64,000 bases of DNA from Felis catus (taxonomy: Eukaryota), in assembly GCF_018350175.1 (NCBI RefSeq), contig NC_058368.1:13392001-13456000 (forward strand). Reading direction: 5' to 3'. The notes below the pieces were generated by a model. It worked only from the letters and a program-made list of their open reading frames with translations, made no database searches and was not told the DNA's origin. The position numbers and the translations under genes were made by a program. Position 1 is the stretch's first letter. Each line of letters starts with the position of its first letter. Positions 11,608 through 23,748 of the stretch are shown here, one piece after another.

Positions 11608-12085
11608 TGTTACATGTTCATTAAAACCTATTTCCCCTCCCTACCGAGCACACAGCTTAATTATCTCTGGCAGCCAATAGTGTCCATATAACTGAAGTCT
11701 GGCAAATACACCGTGGACTGAACTAATATATGGCACTTCCAGGTTTGGTCCATTAAAACTCCTTGTACCCAGGAAGCTTGCATTAATTTGAACATCAATC
11801 TGGAAGTGATACAACCCAGAAGGAGCCAGACTGAAATCTAATTTGGGGTTTCCTATAAAGCCTTTATAAATTGTGTGAACAGTATTTCTAAGAGGAACTT
11901 ACAAAGTATCCAGCAGAAGACTGTAGGTCTCTAAAGGGTGGCAGAACCCGGGGCCCTGACTGACAACACAAAAGGCCCTTCTCCAGCCAAGAATGTTTGT
12001 ATTGGATTCTGCTGGAGCAAGAAATGTATTTTATTGTCTTAAACCACTAAGGTTGAGATTTATGTGCTATAGCAGTTAGCATCAT
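11608..12085 (+). mobile_element. MaLR MLT1-type LTR inserted in a MIR (~11500-12230)
   Basis: MLT1 3' end 'ttattgtcttaaaccactaaggttgagatttatgtgctatagcag'. MIR pieces lie on both sides ('gactttggacaagttacttaa' and 'ttcaatttcttctcatt...tggcacacaataagtgct'). Confidence 0.7.
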
Positions 12086-13268
12086 TTACATGAACTGAAT
12101 TCACCTGAACTTCAATTTCTTCTCATTAAAAAGGAAAACATAGTATCTAAGTTACAGGGTTGTTTAAGAATTAACTGTAGAGTCTGGCACACAATAAGTG
12201 CTAATTAAATAGCAATTATTTATTATTATTATTACCATCATTATTATATGAGGTCTTATTCACATTTTCCCTTTATTAGTTATCCTTTTGTCATAATTTG
12301 AAACGTAAGTATTTTTTCCCTTGGAGAAGAGAGAATAAATCATATTTATGAAAGCAAAAATGCAGTATCAATCTTAGACGGGAAGAAAGAGAAATTTATT
12401 GATCCAGTGTGGACATCAGTTATAATATATGTGACCTTGGGTGCCATTCTTAAGTTTCCTGAGCCTCAGTTTCCTCATTTGTAGGCAGGCATAAGAGCCC
12501 ATGCCTCACAAGGCATGCGTGAGGATAAAATACAGCAACAAATGTAAACGTATTCTTTGGTCTTTGGAGTTCCATAAAAATCTATGGTTTGTTATTACAG
12601 ATTACCATTTTAAACCCACAAAAACAAGTAGGTTTAATGCAAACATTACTATCCCAAATGGTATCTGATTTTCCACTCCACTAGTAAAGTTGTTGCTTTT
12701 TATTGTAATTTTGTATTATTATGTTTTTAAAGTGGGGGAATATAGATGTCTGACATTACTTCTCTATTTTCCTAGTGTTTTTAAGTTGATGAATTAACTG
12801 TAGTCATGTATTTGAAATGTGTCATTTTCTTTTTAGTTTAAAGAATAAAAAAATCCATTACTACCAGTAAATCATGTATGCCCAAATTGAACCTGATGGG
12901 TCAAGAAAAAATAAGAGCCTCACTTTCCTGCTGTCACTGAAATATCCCTTGCAAAGAAATGCATTGGGACCTGGGGTTTCATTAAGATCAAACCAAACCT
13001 TGGCAGATGTCAGTTAAGCAAGCTCTGGGGTGAATCTATGATCCACTTTAAAGTTTTCAATACATTCTCTTAATTTTACAACTTATAATCTCTGGAAGTT
13101 CCTCAGATGAATTTTATTTCTAGGAATTGAAGTTTATCAAAAAGTAAAGCCTTCCTGGAATAGCATTTGTTATGTTCCTCACATCACCATACCATAATAG
13201 GCATGGAGGTATCTACTTTTCTCTGGATAGGGAGTTAAAACTCTGAATGTTTAAAATACCTATGCCTA

Positions 13269-13626
13269 AATGAGAAAGAATGAAATCTGGCCATTTGCAG
13301 CAATGCAGACAGAACTGGAGGGTATTATGCTAAGTGAAATAAGTCAGTCAGAGAAAGACAGATACCATATGTTTTCACTTGTATGCAGATCGTGAGAAAC
13401 TTAATAGAGAACGTGGGGGAGGGGAAGGGAAAAAACAGTTACAAACAAGGAGGGAGGCAAACCATAAGAGACTCTTAAATACAGAGAACAAACTGAGGGT
13501 TGATGGGGGGTGGGGGACAGGGGAAGAGGGTGATGGGCATTGAGGAGGACACTTGTTGGGATGAGCACTGGGTGTTGTATGGAAGCCAGTTTGACAATAA
13601 ATTACATTAAAAAACTAAAACAAAAA
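13269..13626 (+). mobile_element. 5'-truncated carnivore/cat L1 (ORF2 C-terminal end plus 3'UTR)
   Basis: 'aagaatgaaatctggccatttgcagca...ctggagggtattatgctaagtgaaataagtcag', G-rich 3'UTR, aataaa and A-tail; TSD ctatgccta. Confidence 0.92.
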
Positions 13627-13769
13627 CTATGCCTAGGCCCTGAGGAAGAAAATTGCAGTCTTTAATATCTTAAAGGAGATCAATGAAACTATTGAAGAGA
13701 TGATGATTTGGAGTAGTGTAAAGGAGGGTAGAAGGAAAATTTTCATGTAAAAATTCAACAAATGGTTAA

Positions 13770-14310
13770 GGTATGGGACCTTAACCACATGATCAAGAGG
13801 AACATCATCATTAATGCCATTTTGATATCATGTACCCCCAGATATGATGTGGTGGGAAGGGCACTCTACCTCAGTGGTATTTTTGCCAAGAAAAACAGTC
13901 TATTAGTGAGACAAATACTAGGCAAACACTGAGCAACATTGCACTAAATCTCTGACCAGCACTTACAAAACTGTTAAGGACATGAAAAGGAAGGAAGGAC
14001 TAAGGAATTAACTTTATGGACCAGAGGAGAAGGAGAAAACACGGCAAGGAAATGCCACATGGTATCCTGGATCAGATCCTGGAACAGAAAAAAAGGTCAT
14101 CAGTGGAAAAACTGGTGAAATCCAAATAAAGTCTAGAGTTTGAGAGTAATATCTAATGGTGGTTGCTTAGTTTGGACAAGTATACCAGAGTAATGTGAAA
14201 TGATTACATTAAGGGAAACTAAACCCGAGTAAGAGGTATATGGGAGCTCTCTGCACTACCTTTGTAGTATTTCTACACATTTAAAATGATTCAAAACAAA
14301 AAGCTTATTT
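13770..14310 (+). mobile_element. Old L1 3'UTR (L1MC/L1MD-like)
   Basis: 'gatcctggaacagaaaaaaaggtcatcagtggaaaaactggtgaaatccaaataaagtct' and 'atgggagctctctgcactacctttg'. Confidence 0.8.
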
Positions 14311-15564
14311 ATTAAGATAATATGTGTCTATTATTTTAATAAACAAAAAGAAAAAATTAATACATTTCAGAAATATTTAATAAGTAGAATTTTATTTTTA
14401 ATTAAAACATTAAAATAAAATTTCAATAAATAAATGTACATTTATTATTTCTTAATAAATAAATTTATCCTTCAGACAGAGAAGAGAATGTAGCATTCTG
14501 GAAAAGTGATGGTGATGGTGTAGTTTTCAGTCTCTCTGAATCACCACGTAAAAAAGACAAAGCAGCTAACGTAAAACAAACACTCGTGACGAAGGTTACA
14601 ACAAATCTAGTTGATGTGGTATCCCCATGAATGCTAAAATGCCAGCAGGTGGAGATGAACTGCCAACAGCCACCAGCATGCAAATAGCATTATCTGTGTA
14701 AGAGGAAGCAGAGGGAAGCCTCAGATGGATTTGAGGACAGAACTCCAAAATAGCCAACCAATATTTACAGGAGCTCATGACCAATAAGTTTGATAAAAGC
14801 ACCTGAAACTGGGAGAGATTGTGCCCAATATAATAGTGGGTGAGTACAAAGACCCCTCAATTGGGTATAAAGGGTCTGGAGCATCAGTGTCCCTATGAAT
14901 GTCCCAGACAGACCCACCAGGGCTCCCTTCCGTGACTAGACAACTTAGTGAGGAAAATCTGCTAGGATTGAAGTTAAAATTGAGCAAGGGAGGGACATAA
15001 AGACGAAAGAAAAAGAGGATCTAGAAAGTAGAAAGAGAGAACAGAGTCAGGAAATCTCAGAAAGAAAGCTGCTCTATTTTTTAATTCTATGTGAGAACAA
15101 CAACAACAGCAAACCAAAGGAGGGTATTTTATGAAGTTAAAAAAGTTATTTTGTTCCAGAAATTCCTTTAAAACTTCGAAAAATTAATTTCTCAAATGTG
15201 AGCAACAGAAAACAATCAGAATCAAATCCCAGGCCAAGCTATTGGGAGATAAATAAGAAGAAACAGAATAACATCCACACGGAAGAAAGTCATGCTGACC
15301 AAACAGGTAAAATCTATCCTCACTGTTTTGAAACAAATTAAAAGACTAAGCAGCCAACATAAGACATGAAAGAACAACATAAGCTAAAATTACAAAAATT
15401 CTGAAATGAAGTGACATAACTCAATAAAGAATTAGAAATAAAAGAAAAACATCATTTTATACTATTAGACTGATGGTCATATCAGATTATTACAAAAGAA
15501 TACAAGAGGGAATAAGGACAACATATAATACTCTAAGAGAAGCAGAAGGTGAAAAGAAGAATAT

Positions 15565-15798
15565 TTATTTATTTATTTATTTATCATTTTTTTAATGTTT
15601 ATTCATTTTTGAGAGACAGAGATAGACAGAGAATGAGCAGGGGAGGAGCAGAGAGAGAGGGAGACACAGAATCCGAAACAGGCTCCAGGCTCTGAGCTGT
15701 CAACACAGAGCCCGACGCGGGGCTCGATCCCACGGACCGTGAGATCATGACCTGAGCCAAAGTCGGACGCTCAACCGACTGAGCCACCCAGGCGCCCC
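15565..15798 (-). mobile_element. CanSINE (SINEC), low divergence
   Basis: Complete SINE retaining many CpGs, with a (TTTA)n tail. Confidence 0.95.
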
Positions 15799-15830
15799 AA
15801 AATAAGAAAGTATTTAAAAACCAGAAAAGA

Positions 15831-16030
15831 GGGGTGCCTGGGTGGTTTAGCCAGTTAAGCAGCTGAGTCTTGGTTTTGGCTTAGGTCATGATATTGGTGT
15901 TCATGAGATTGAGCCCCACATCGGGCTCTGTGTTGAGCATGGAGCCTGCTTGTTGAGATTCTCTCTCTCTCCCTCTCCCCCTCTTGTGCATGTTGTCTCT
16001 CTCAAAATAAATAAAGAAACTTTTAAAAAA
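15831..16030 (+). mobile_element. CanSINE (older subfamily)
   Basis: Head ggggtgcctgggtgg; TSD aaaa(c/t)cagaaaaga. Confidence 0.9.
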
Positions 16031-17628
16031 TCAGAAAAGAAATGAAGAGATGAAAAAATTCAAGAGAAAGTGACAAATATTAACAATAAGAAACAAACAA
16101 AAAGGATAATAGAAATTCTTGAAGAAGAAAATGAAAACAAAGAAATACTAACAACTAGAACTCAAGAAAACTGGAATTAAAAATAGATGAAAATATGTAT
16201 TGAACATGCCCACTATGCACCTGATATGATCAATGAGACATATTCTAGTACAATTCATTCTAGACTTTAAGGATGAAAAAACAAGGTACTTTGGATATCT
16301 AGTCAGACAGAATAAATGATTTAGAAGGGAAATTAGATTGTCATCAGACTTGTAACAGTGATACTTTATGCCAGAGAAAATGGAGTAACACGTTTAATAC
16401 ACTCAAAGAAAGAAATATGAATGTTTTATATCCAGCTGAAATGACTTTCAGGTCTAAATTGTACATTATAAACATATGGAATATTGTTTTCAAGAAATCT
16501 ACCTGAAGAATCTTCTAGATAGCAAGTTTAACACAATAACATGATTTGAGACATGGACAAAATGACTGGAAATAAACAGTATATACTTACCTGAATAATT
16601 AAGGTTAAATAAGGGCTAAGAAGGAGAGAGCGTCTAATGGCTCTATGCTTTGAAAACTATACTATAATTATAAAAATATGAGAGGGAGGAATTAGGACAA
16701 AAATCCAAATAAGGGTAACTGTTTTTTGGGAATTTTATTGATGGGGTAGTATTGGTGTTTTTATCCTGGTTGTTGTGTAGGTAACATGAGATGAGGCATA
16801 GGAGTACTTCACAGGATACTCTATCATTCTCTAATCCTTGAGAACCGGAATTCTCTGTATTGAACAGTAAACACCCTACACCTTAAATTTTAATTGGAAA
16901 TGTCAGAATGAACAAATGAGGTATTTTATCTTTAAATTTTTTTTTTCTATTTTCTAACTCTGTCCACTAAAAAAGCACAGAAAAATAACAAACCCAGTAG
17001 CAATGAGCATCGCTTGGTGCACAGATTGTGATCCTGAAATACCATTTCTCACTAAAAGAAACCAGGCATTTTTGGAGAATGGCTGATTTGGAGAGTGAGC
17101 CTAAAACATCTTTTCACAGATGACAGCAAGGAAGCTACCAAAAACCATTATCATTTGTCCAAAGGATCCAGGCACTAACTTGAATAGGCTTACACCGGAC
17201 AAAGGGGACAATTTGTGCTTCAAAAAGATAATAATTGGAAGGGATAGAACCTGTCAAGTATGTTTAAATTTTTAAATCCATAATAATACAAAAAAAAAGG
17301 TCCCCTTTGAAGAATGGTAAGAAATAAGCTCATTTTCTGGAAAACTGATAAATAAAGGTATGGTATCAACCATGTACCCTCCCTTTCCTAGCCAAACTGT
17401 AATGATGGGAAAACAAATCATAGATGAAGTGTCTCTTCATAGATTATTCCAACTCTTAAAATGAAGTGAAAACTTTAAAAATCATTATTTTACAGCCTTC
17501 GACGAATTAACGGATTCATTAATAGGCATTGAACATCCTCAAAAGAGGGACGAACAGACATTTTGTGCCGCAGGATGAACGAACGTACCACCATCTATCA
17601 TCTCGATAACAATTGTTGAAATTGGGCT

Positions 17629-17752
17629 ATGTGTAGGCAGAATAACAGCCCCAAAGATTCACCTTATAATTCCCAGAACCTGTGAATGTGTAACCTTCAT
17701 ATGGTAAAAGGGACTTTGCAGTTGCCAATAAATTAAGGACATTGAGGTAGGG
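17629..17752 (+). mobile_element. MaLR MLT1C/D-like LTR 5' fragment
   Basis: 'taggcagaataacagcccc...cccagaacctgtgaatgtg...ggtaaaagggactttgcag'. Confidence 0.75.
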
Positions 17753-18054
17753 CAATAGGAATATGCTGAAAAGATAGAATGTTGCTGTCAGAGATACGAT
17801 ACCTGAAATTAGGATTATAAAGAATTGCAGTCATTGGTGCAGACGTTCTCTCTCAATCTGGCTTTCCTAAGAGGATTAAGCTTTAATACCTTAAGGTATC
17901 TAAAATATGTGATGCATTAACTTCTCTCCTATGAATCTAGAACAGTATTAGCTATGTACCATCCTTATGAAATTGAGAACATATTCTCTCAAATCATGCA
18001 TAGCGTCTTGTGGATCATATGCTGTGCCTCTTTTGAGAAAGGCTGGGGGTGTGG

Positions 18055-18690
18055 CCACGGGAATAATTGTCCGAAGTAGAGGACAGGAGTATTTAAAAAG
18101 TTCAAGGAACAGAGGGACCAAGGAATGGATATAATCATCCATATGTTTATTGAATTCTCCAAGAATTAAGACAAGAATAGTATTGGAGCTGAAATTATTG
18201 AAAAAGGAGAGAGGTGACCCAGGAGTAGGTAGATAACAACAAGAATAAACGGTAGAGTGTGGTGTGATTTTATGATGGAAATACAAAATGGGTTTTCAGG
18301 GAGAAGAGAAGGGATATAAGCAGAATGCAGTGACAAGGAGAAAGAAGATCTAGCATTCCCCTCCTGCAGACCCAGGGGCTCGAGAACTGTGGAAGCCACT
18401 ACTTGAAGGGGTACAGGAGAGCAGGGTCCTGGGGGTGGGATGGGGAGAAAGTTAGCCCTTTTAGCCAGAGGGTGGAAAAAACATTCAGAAAATAGAGGGA
18501 GTAAATAGAGCATTTTGCTGATAACGGACCTGGACTTCCAGACAGCAGAGTGGAAGGCGTCAAGAATTGAGCAAGGGTGAGAGAAGAAAGCAATGAAAAT
18601 AGGTCCAGAGACTTACAGGGATTATAGTGTGGGCTATGAGGGGTGAGCTGGCAGTCAGGGGCTGTGGTGGCTGACATACACAGGAATAAA
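18055..18690 (-). mobile_element. L2 LINE remnant (endonuclease region)
   Basis: The minus ORF at 17948-18286 contains LILGEFNKHMD, a decayed form of the APE-endonuclease GDFN motif of L2/CR1 elements. Confidence 0.7.
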
Positions 18691-19321
18691 GGGTAAGATT
18701 ATGTAAGTGGATTCAAGGCAATTAGTGAGGGGGAATATTGGGGAAGAGGGACAGGTGGCTTTTAAGAGCCCCCTTGATTTCAAGAAGGCCTAGGTGGTCT
18801 TAGATACAATGCAGGTAGCTAGCCTATGTAATTATAGTTTTAAATTTTGGAGAATCACACACCTTTTCAAGAATCTTCTGTAAATGATAGATCATCTCCT
18901 CAGAAAAATGTGGATAATTTCAAAATCATGAATAGAGTTTCAAGGTAGGGTGTTCAGACCTAAATACATCCATACGCCTGTCTCAGCCATTCTCATTTTA
19001 CATCTGTGAATTCAAGTTAGGAAGAGATGATTTAGATTCTGCTTTTTTTCTGTGACATGATTAAATGACATATGCTAAATTTAAAGAGGGAATACTTTGT
19101 TATCTCTCCAGGGAAACTTATTTGCATTTGAACACAGATTTGCTAAAGACAGAAATTAATCCAAAAAGCACTGTGTTGGGACAGGAAGACAGCTAAACTG
19201 ACAGATGAGGAGGGTCCCTTAAAATCCACCAGGGGGGCAGCAGTCCACATAGCTCCTGCCAAGGCACAGCATCATCATTTTATCTAGCTATTATTTTTTT
19301 AGAGAATTGAGTGAATTTGGG

Positions 19322-19522
19322 TTTTTTTAAGTTTATTTATTTTATTTTGAGACAGAGAGAAAATGAGCAGGGGAGGGGCAGAGAGAGAGTGGGGACAAAG
19401 AATCCAAAGCAAGCTCTGTGCAGACAGCAGAGAGCCCAATGTGGGGCTCAAAGTCACGAACCGTGAGATCATGACCTGAGCAGAAGTTGGATACTTAACC
19501 AGCTGAGCCACCCAGGTGCCCC
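19322..19522 (-). mobile_element. CanSINE (SINEC)
   Basis: SINE structure; TSD ca(c/t)agcatcatcat at 19265 and 19523. Confidence 0.93.
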
Positions 19523-22104
19523 CATAGCATCATCATAGTGTTTGGGGGGGATGCTTTATAAGAACTCTTCAAAGCAGCAGAAACAAGCATAGGTTCTGCC
19601 CTGGAGAAATGAAAATCTCAAGATCAGCCTGAATATGTACCTTCCAGTCTTGCCTCTGCCTTTGTCTCTCCATTATGATCTGGTCATTTAATCTCTCTGT
19701 TGGTTTAAAGACCTATAAAATAGGATAGTATCTACCTACAGGAAATTCAGGGAAAGTGATAACCTTGGAAATGTTGGTGTTAATTCCAATCAGGGTGGCT
19801 TATCCAAAAGCATCTGTTTTCTTTCCTAAATTCCTTGGTTGAGCACAAGAGCAGGGAGCACAAAGCCTCTAATGGGAAGAGAGTCACAGAAGATCGCTGG
19901 TGCCGGAAATCACATTCAACTGAGGAGAGGAGTTGAAGAAAGAGCTTCTCTCCTGTGGGACTCACTTTAGCTGGGCTTGACAATTCAGAAGGTATACTCT
20001 TCATGGACAGCTAAGAGCCAGGAAAGGCTTTTCTCATGTTTTAAAGGCCAGTGTTGATGTAGCAATTTGTGAAATGAAATGTTATGTATAAATAAGAAAT
20101 GGAGTAGTTCTGAGAAGGAAGGAAGCTAGGGTAAGATATCTTAAAAAAACGCTAGCTTCTATTTCCTTGAAATTAAACTGGAATTCTGTATTTTAAGTGT
20201 TATTTGCACACTTTAGAATCAAAGCAAAAGATTCAAAATGCTTTTCCTAAAATGGAATGTGAAATTTAGTCAGATGCTCAATTAATATTTGGATTACTTG
20301 CATTAAAAATTATAACAACTACTCACACTAATTTTGCTCTTTTAACATCAAATTAGATCACATTTTAATTCTATAAACTCCAAACAGATGAATTCAAACT
20401 TCATTGGATAACTCACCTAATTTTTTAAATGACACGATTGATACTTGTTTTCTAATTTGGAATTTGCATTTCTTCTTAAGCGTCAAGGTTGGAGAGGCCT
20501 TTTATTTGTCAGAATGATAAACTTTGTATGCAAAAGGTTACAAAGGAAGAGGCAAATTGGTGGATTGACATTTTCATCTAATTTAACACAAACATAATTG
20601 CAGGTATAAAAATCTGAAATGGAAATAAATTAGAATTATGCTCCTGCCATTTTGTATTGTCTTTCCGTGGGGGGAAAACATTAAAAATTAATCCATTGAC
20701 TTGAAAGAGCAGATGTAATTGGGCTTGGAAGCCAACAAATGAAGAGCAAAGATTTGAGAGTTATCTGTATGTGTTTTTACTAACCTGTCTAGATGCAGGC
20801 TTTCCAATTCTTGCATTCTAGTTGATTTGGCATAATAAACACAACAAACCAAAACCTTTTGTCTTCCTCTTTCTGGGTTTTGTTCTTTAATTGGATTTCT
20901 TTGTTTTTCAAAAGGCTCATACTTCACATAGATGGAGTTTGTTGCCCTTTGCCACCAACAATCTGTCATGTAGATTCCAGCTCAACCTAGGAAATTTGTC
21001 ATAGAGGGCACCGGGGGATTGCTGCTGAATGGTTATCTCTTCCGTTGACATCTGAGCCTCTTTTTAGGAGGGAGGGATTTTTATTTCAAGGTCAGAGAAC
21101 ATAGATTTCCTCAAATCAAATTTTCAAAAAGCCAGGAAACTCACTATCTAGTAAAGAAAAAAATTCTTAATTTTTCTTATGAGGTAGGTGCATTATCTTC
21201 ATTTAAGAGCTTGAAGCTCTTTAAAAAGCTAATAGTGAACTAGAAATGGCAGAGCTGAGATTCTAACCTTGGTGTATTAGACTTGAATAATCAGTTAAAA
21301 AATGTAATGAACTGCCCAATATCTATTATCTAGCCTTTGTATCAATCATGTATATATGCACACCATTATACAAATCATTTATATTCCATACACACCATAT
21401 ATGATATATATTTTATATTGTATAGTCATATGCATAACCAAGATGAACATTAAAAATTAACAACAGCACAAAAACAGTTGCAATTTTTCAACATTAGCCA
21501 ACTGGATTCAAAATGGAAGCCATGTTATTTTACCATAAGGCTGTATTTTCTGGGCATTATTTTGACTCTAGCTTGTACATGGCGTGGGGCTGAACAGAGC
21601 AGAGAGATGGCAGAGTGGAGACAGAGGCAAGGTACCAATAGGAGTGGGAAGAGCAATGGAAGCAGCCCCACAGAGTAGATTTGGGAGTATTGAGCACTCT
21701 TCCCTGGGCACTCAGATGCCAGCTCCCATAAAGGAGTAGGAGTCATGGCTGGGGGACACAGTATGCTTAATATCCTGGTTTACATCTTGACACCCTGTTA
21801 AGCTGAATCAACTCTAGCCAACTTGGGACTTCACCTGAAGATTGGCTCACTTTCTTATTAAATTCCTATGGTCTCCATGAATGCCCTAGCTTCCCAGTAA
21901 TAATTTGCATTCACCAGTCCCTGAAGATGGTGTGTAGATAGGAGGGAGCTCTGCGAGGCTCACTGCATGGCCTCCTTGCTTCCTGGCACCATGCAGGCTT
22001 GCTAGCCTGGTGCTGCAGTGACCTCTCAATGGATGACCTTGCCCATAAATGCAGAAGGAGAACAACTCTCCCTCTTACAATATCATCTAGTGGATAATCT
22101 GCAG

Positions 22105-22330
22105 TGCCTGGAGTCAGGCTGCCTGGACTCGAATCCCAGCTCTGACATAGAGTGACTGTGACTTTGAGCAAGTTACAAAAAAGGCTGTGTCTCACTTTCC
22201 TTATCTGTAAAACAATGGGGGAAATAACAGACCCTACTTCCTAAGTTGTCATGAGAATTAGATGAGATAATACGTGGAAAGCCCTTGCTTGGAAGACTGT
22301 CTAATGCATAATAAGCCCTCAAAATACATC
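22105..22330 (+). mobile_element. MIR SINE
   Basis: 'tggagtcaggctgcctggactcgaatcccagctctg...tgtgactttgagcaagttac...ttccttatctgtaaaa'. Confidence 0.85.
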
Positions 22331-23214
22331 CCCGATTAATATGTGCAAACTTTAGAGACCGTTCCCTCTAAAACTCACAATATCCTCTACTTTGTCTGGT
22401 AGCATGAAGAATCTCACATCCTCTTAAGTAAATTCCAGATGCTATTTTCCAAAAAATACAAGAATCTTGGCAAAATCGTCATATCACTGCCAAATAAAAT
22501 ACGTATTATCTCTCCACTTAAAATATTTAGTGTCTGCTGGAACGCCCATAATTAAGATGAGCAAATGGTTCTCTGTATTACTTACCCTGACGTGGTCGGG
22601 ACAACATAACAACTGTGACTCTATAAGCCAAGTACACAAAGTTTTGGGACACATGTTAGCTTTAAAAAAAAATCATCTTTGCACGTATCATTTCTCATTG
22701 TATCACCCAAATGACAATCATAATACTTTTCAGCTCCTACAAAGTAGAAGAACAATATTCAAAGTTTGTAATTTAGTTGGGTAGGAAAGGCATGCATGAG
22801 TGACAAGGTAAATAGTAATACAACAGTTGAACAGATGTTAGATCTCAAGAAATACTTAGTGAGCGCCTATCTGAAAGGCATAACTTATAGGAACTATGGG
22901 GGACACACAATAGAAAAAATAAATAGTAGAATCTGTGCTCCAAGAACTGAGACTGGTGAAGAGTACAAACATGTGTATGAATACTTCTAATTTAAGAGAG
23001 ACTCTGGTGAGTGCTAAAACATAAACAACTGCTAAATGCAAGGGAAGCAATGGGAGCAATAAGGTTCTTGAGGACAAGAGAAGGATGTGTCAAAGAGAGA
23101 GGGGTGTTTGAGAAAGACGAACGAATTCAAACACGGGCACGGAAACAGGGATACCCAGGGCAGGTCTGGACTTTCGATGAGGGAAAGGCGTGGGGGGAAA
23201 TAATATTAAAGATA

Positions 23215-23440
23215 GGCGCGCCTGGGTGGCTCAGTCGGTTGGGCGTCCGATTTCGGCTCAGGTCATGATCTCACAGTCCATGAGTTCGAGCCCTATGTCG
23301 GGCTCTGTGCTGGCAACTTGGAGCCTGGAGCCTGCTTTGGATTCTGTGTCTCGCTCCCTCTCTTTCTCTCTCTCTCCCCCTCCCCCACTCACGCTCTGTC
23401 TCTGTCTCTCAAAAATGAATAAACGTTAAAAAAAAAATTA
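23215..23440 (+). mobile_element. CanSINE (SINEC)
   Basis: Complete SINE; TSD attaaagatag. Confidence 0.95.
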
Positions 23441-23524
23441 AAGATAGATTGAGCTGCCCCATCAATGGCAGTATGCAGCAGGTTGAGGAGGCTGACATGA
23501 CTCAGAATGAAGTAGGAAATCATT

Positions 23525-23748
23525 GATTTTTTAATTTTACTTTATTTTTGAGAGAGAGAGAGAATGAGAGAGAGAGTTTGTGTGCTGCATGCAGGAGAGG
23601 AGCAGAGGGAAAGGGAGAGAGAATCTTAAGCAGACCCTATGCTCAGTGTCGAGCCCAACTCAGGGCTCGATCTCACAACCGTGAGATCATGACCTGAGCT
23701 AAAATCAAGAGTCAGACGCTTAACTAACTAAACCACCCAGTCGCCCCA
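23525..23748 (-). mobile_element. CanSINE (older subfamily)
   Basis: Reverse-complement SINE head, (GA)n and T-rich tail. Confidence 0.9.

Larger units (their letters stand above)
14490..17620 (+). mobile_element. Old L1-derived element: 5'UTR/ORF1-like region joined to an L1MC4-like 3'UTR (HAL1/L1MC4a-like)
   Basis: A-rich ORF1 remnants ('aattagattgtcatcagactt...tatatccagctgaaatgactttc') followed by 'cccagtagcaatgagca...aaataccatttctcactaaaagaaaccagg'. Confidence 0.65.

Noticed and set aside
16583..16593. ATACTTACCTG, matching the U1 snRNA 5' end (also a consensus donor on the minus strand)
   Set aside because: Only 11 nt match, no further U1 sequence follows, and it lies within an L1-derived relic.
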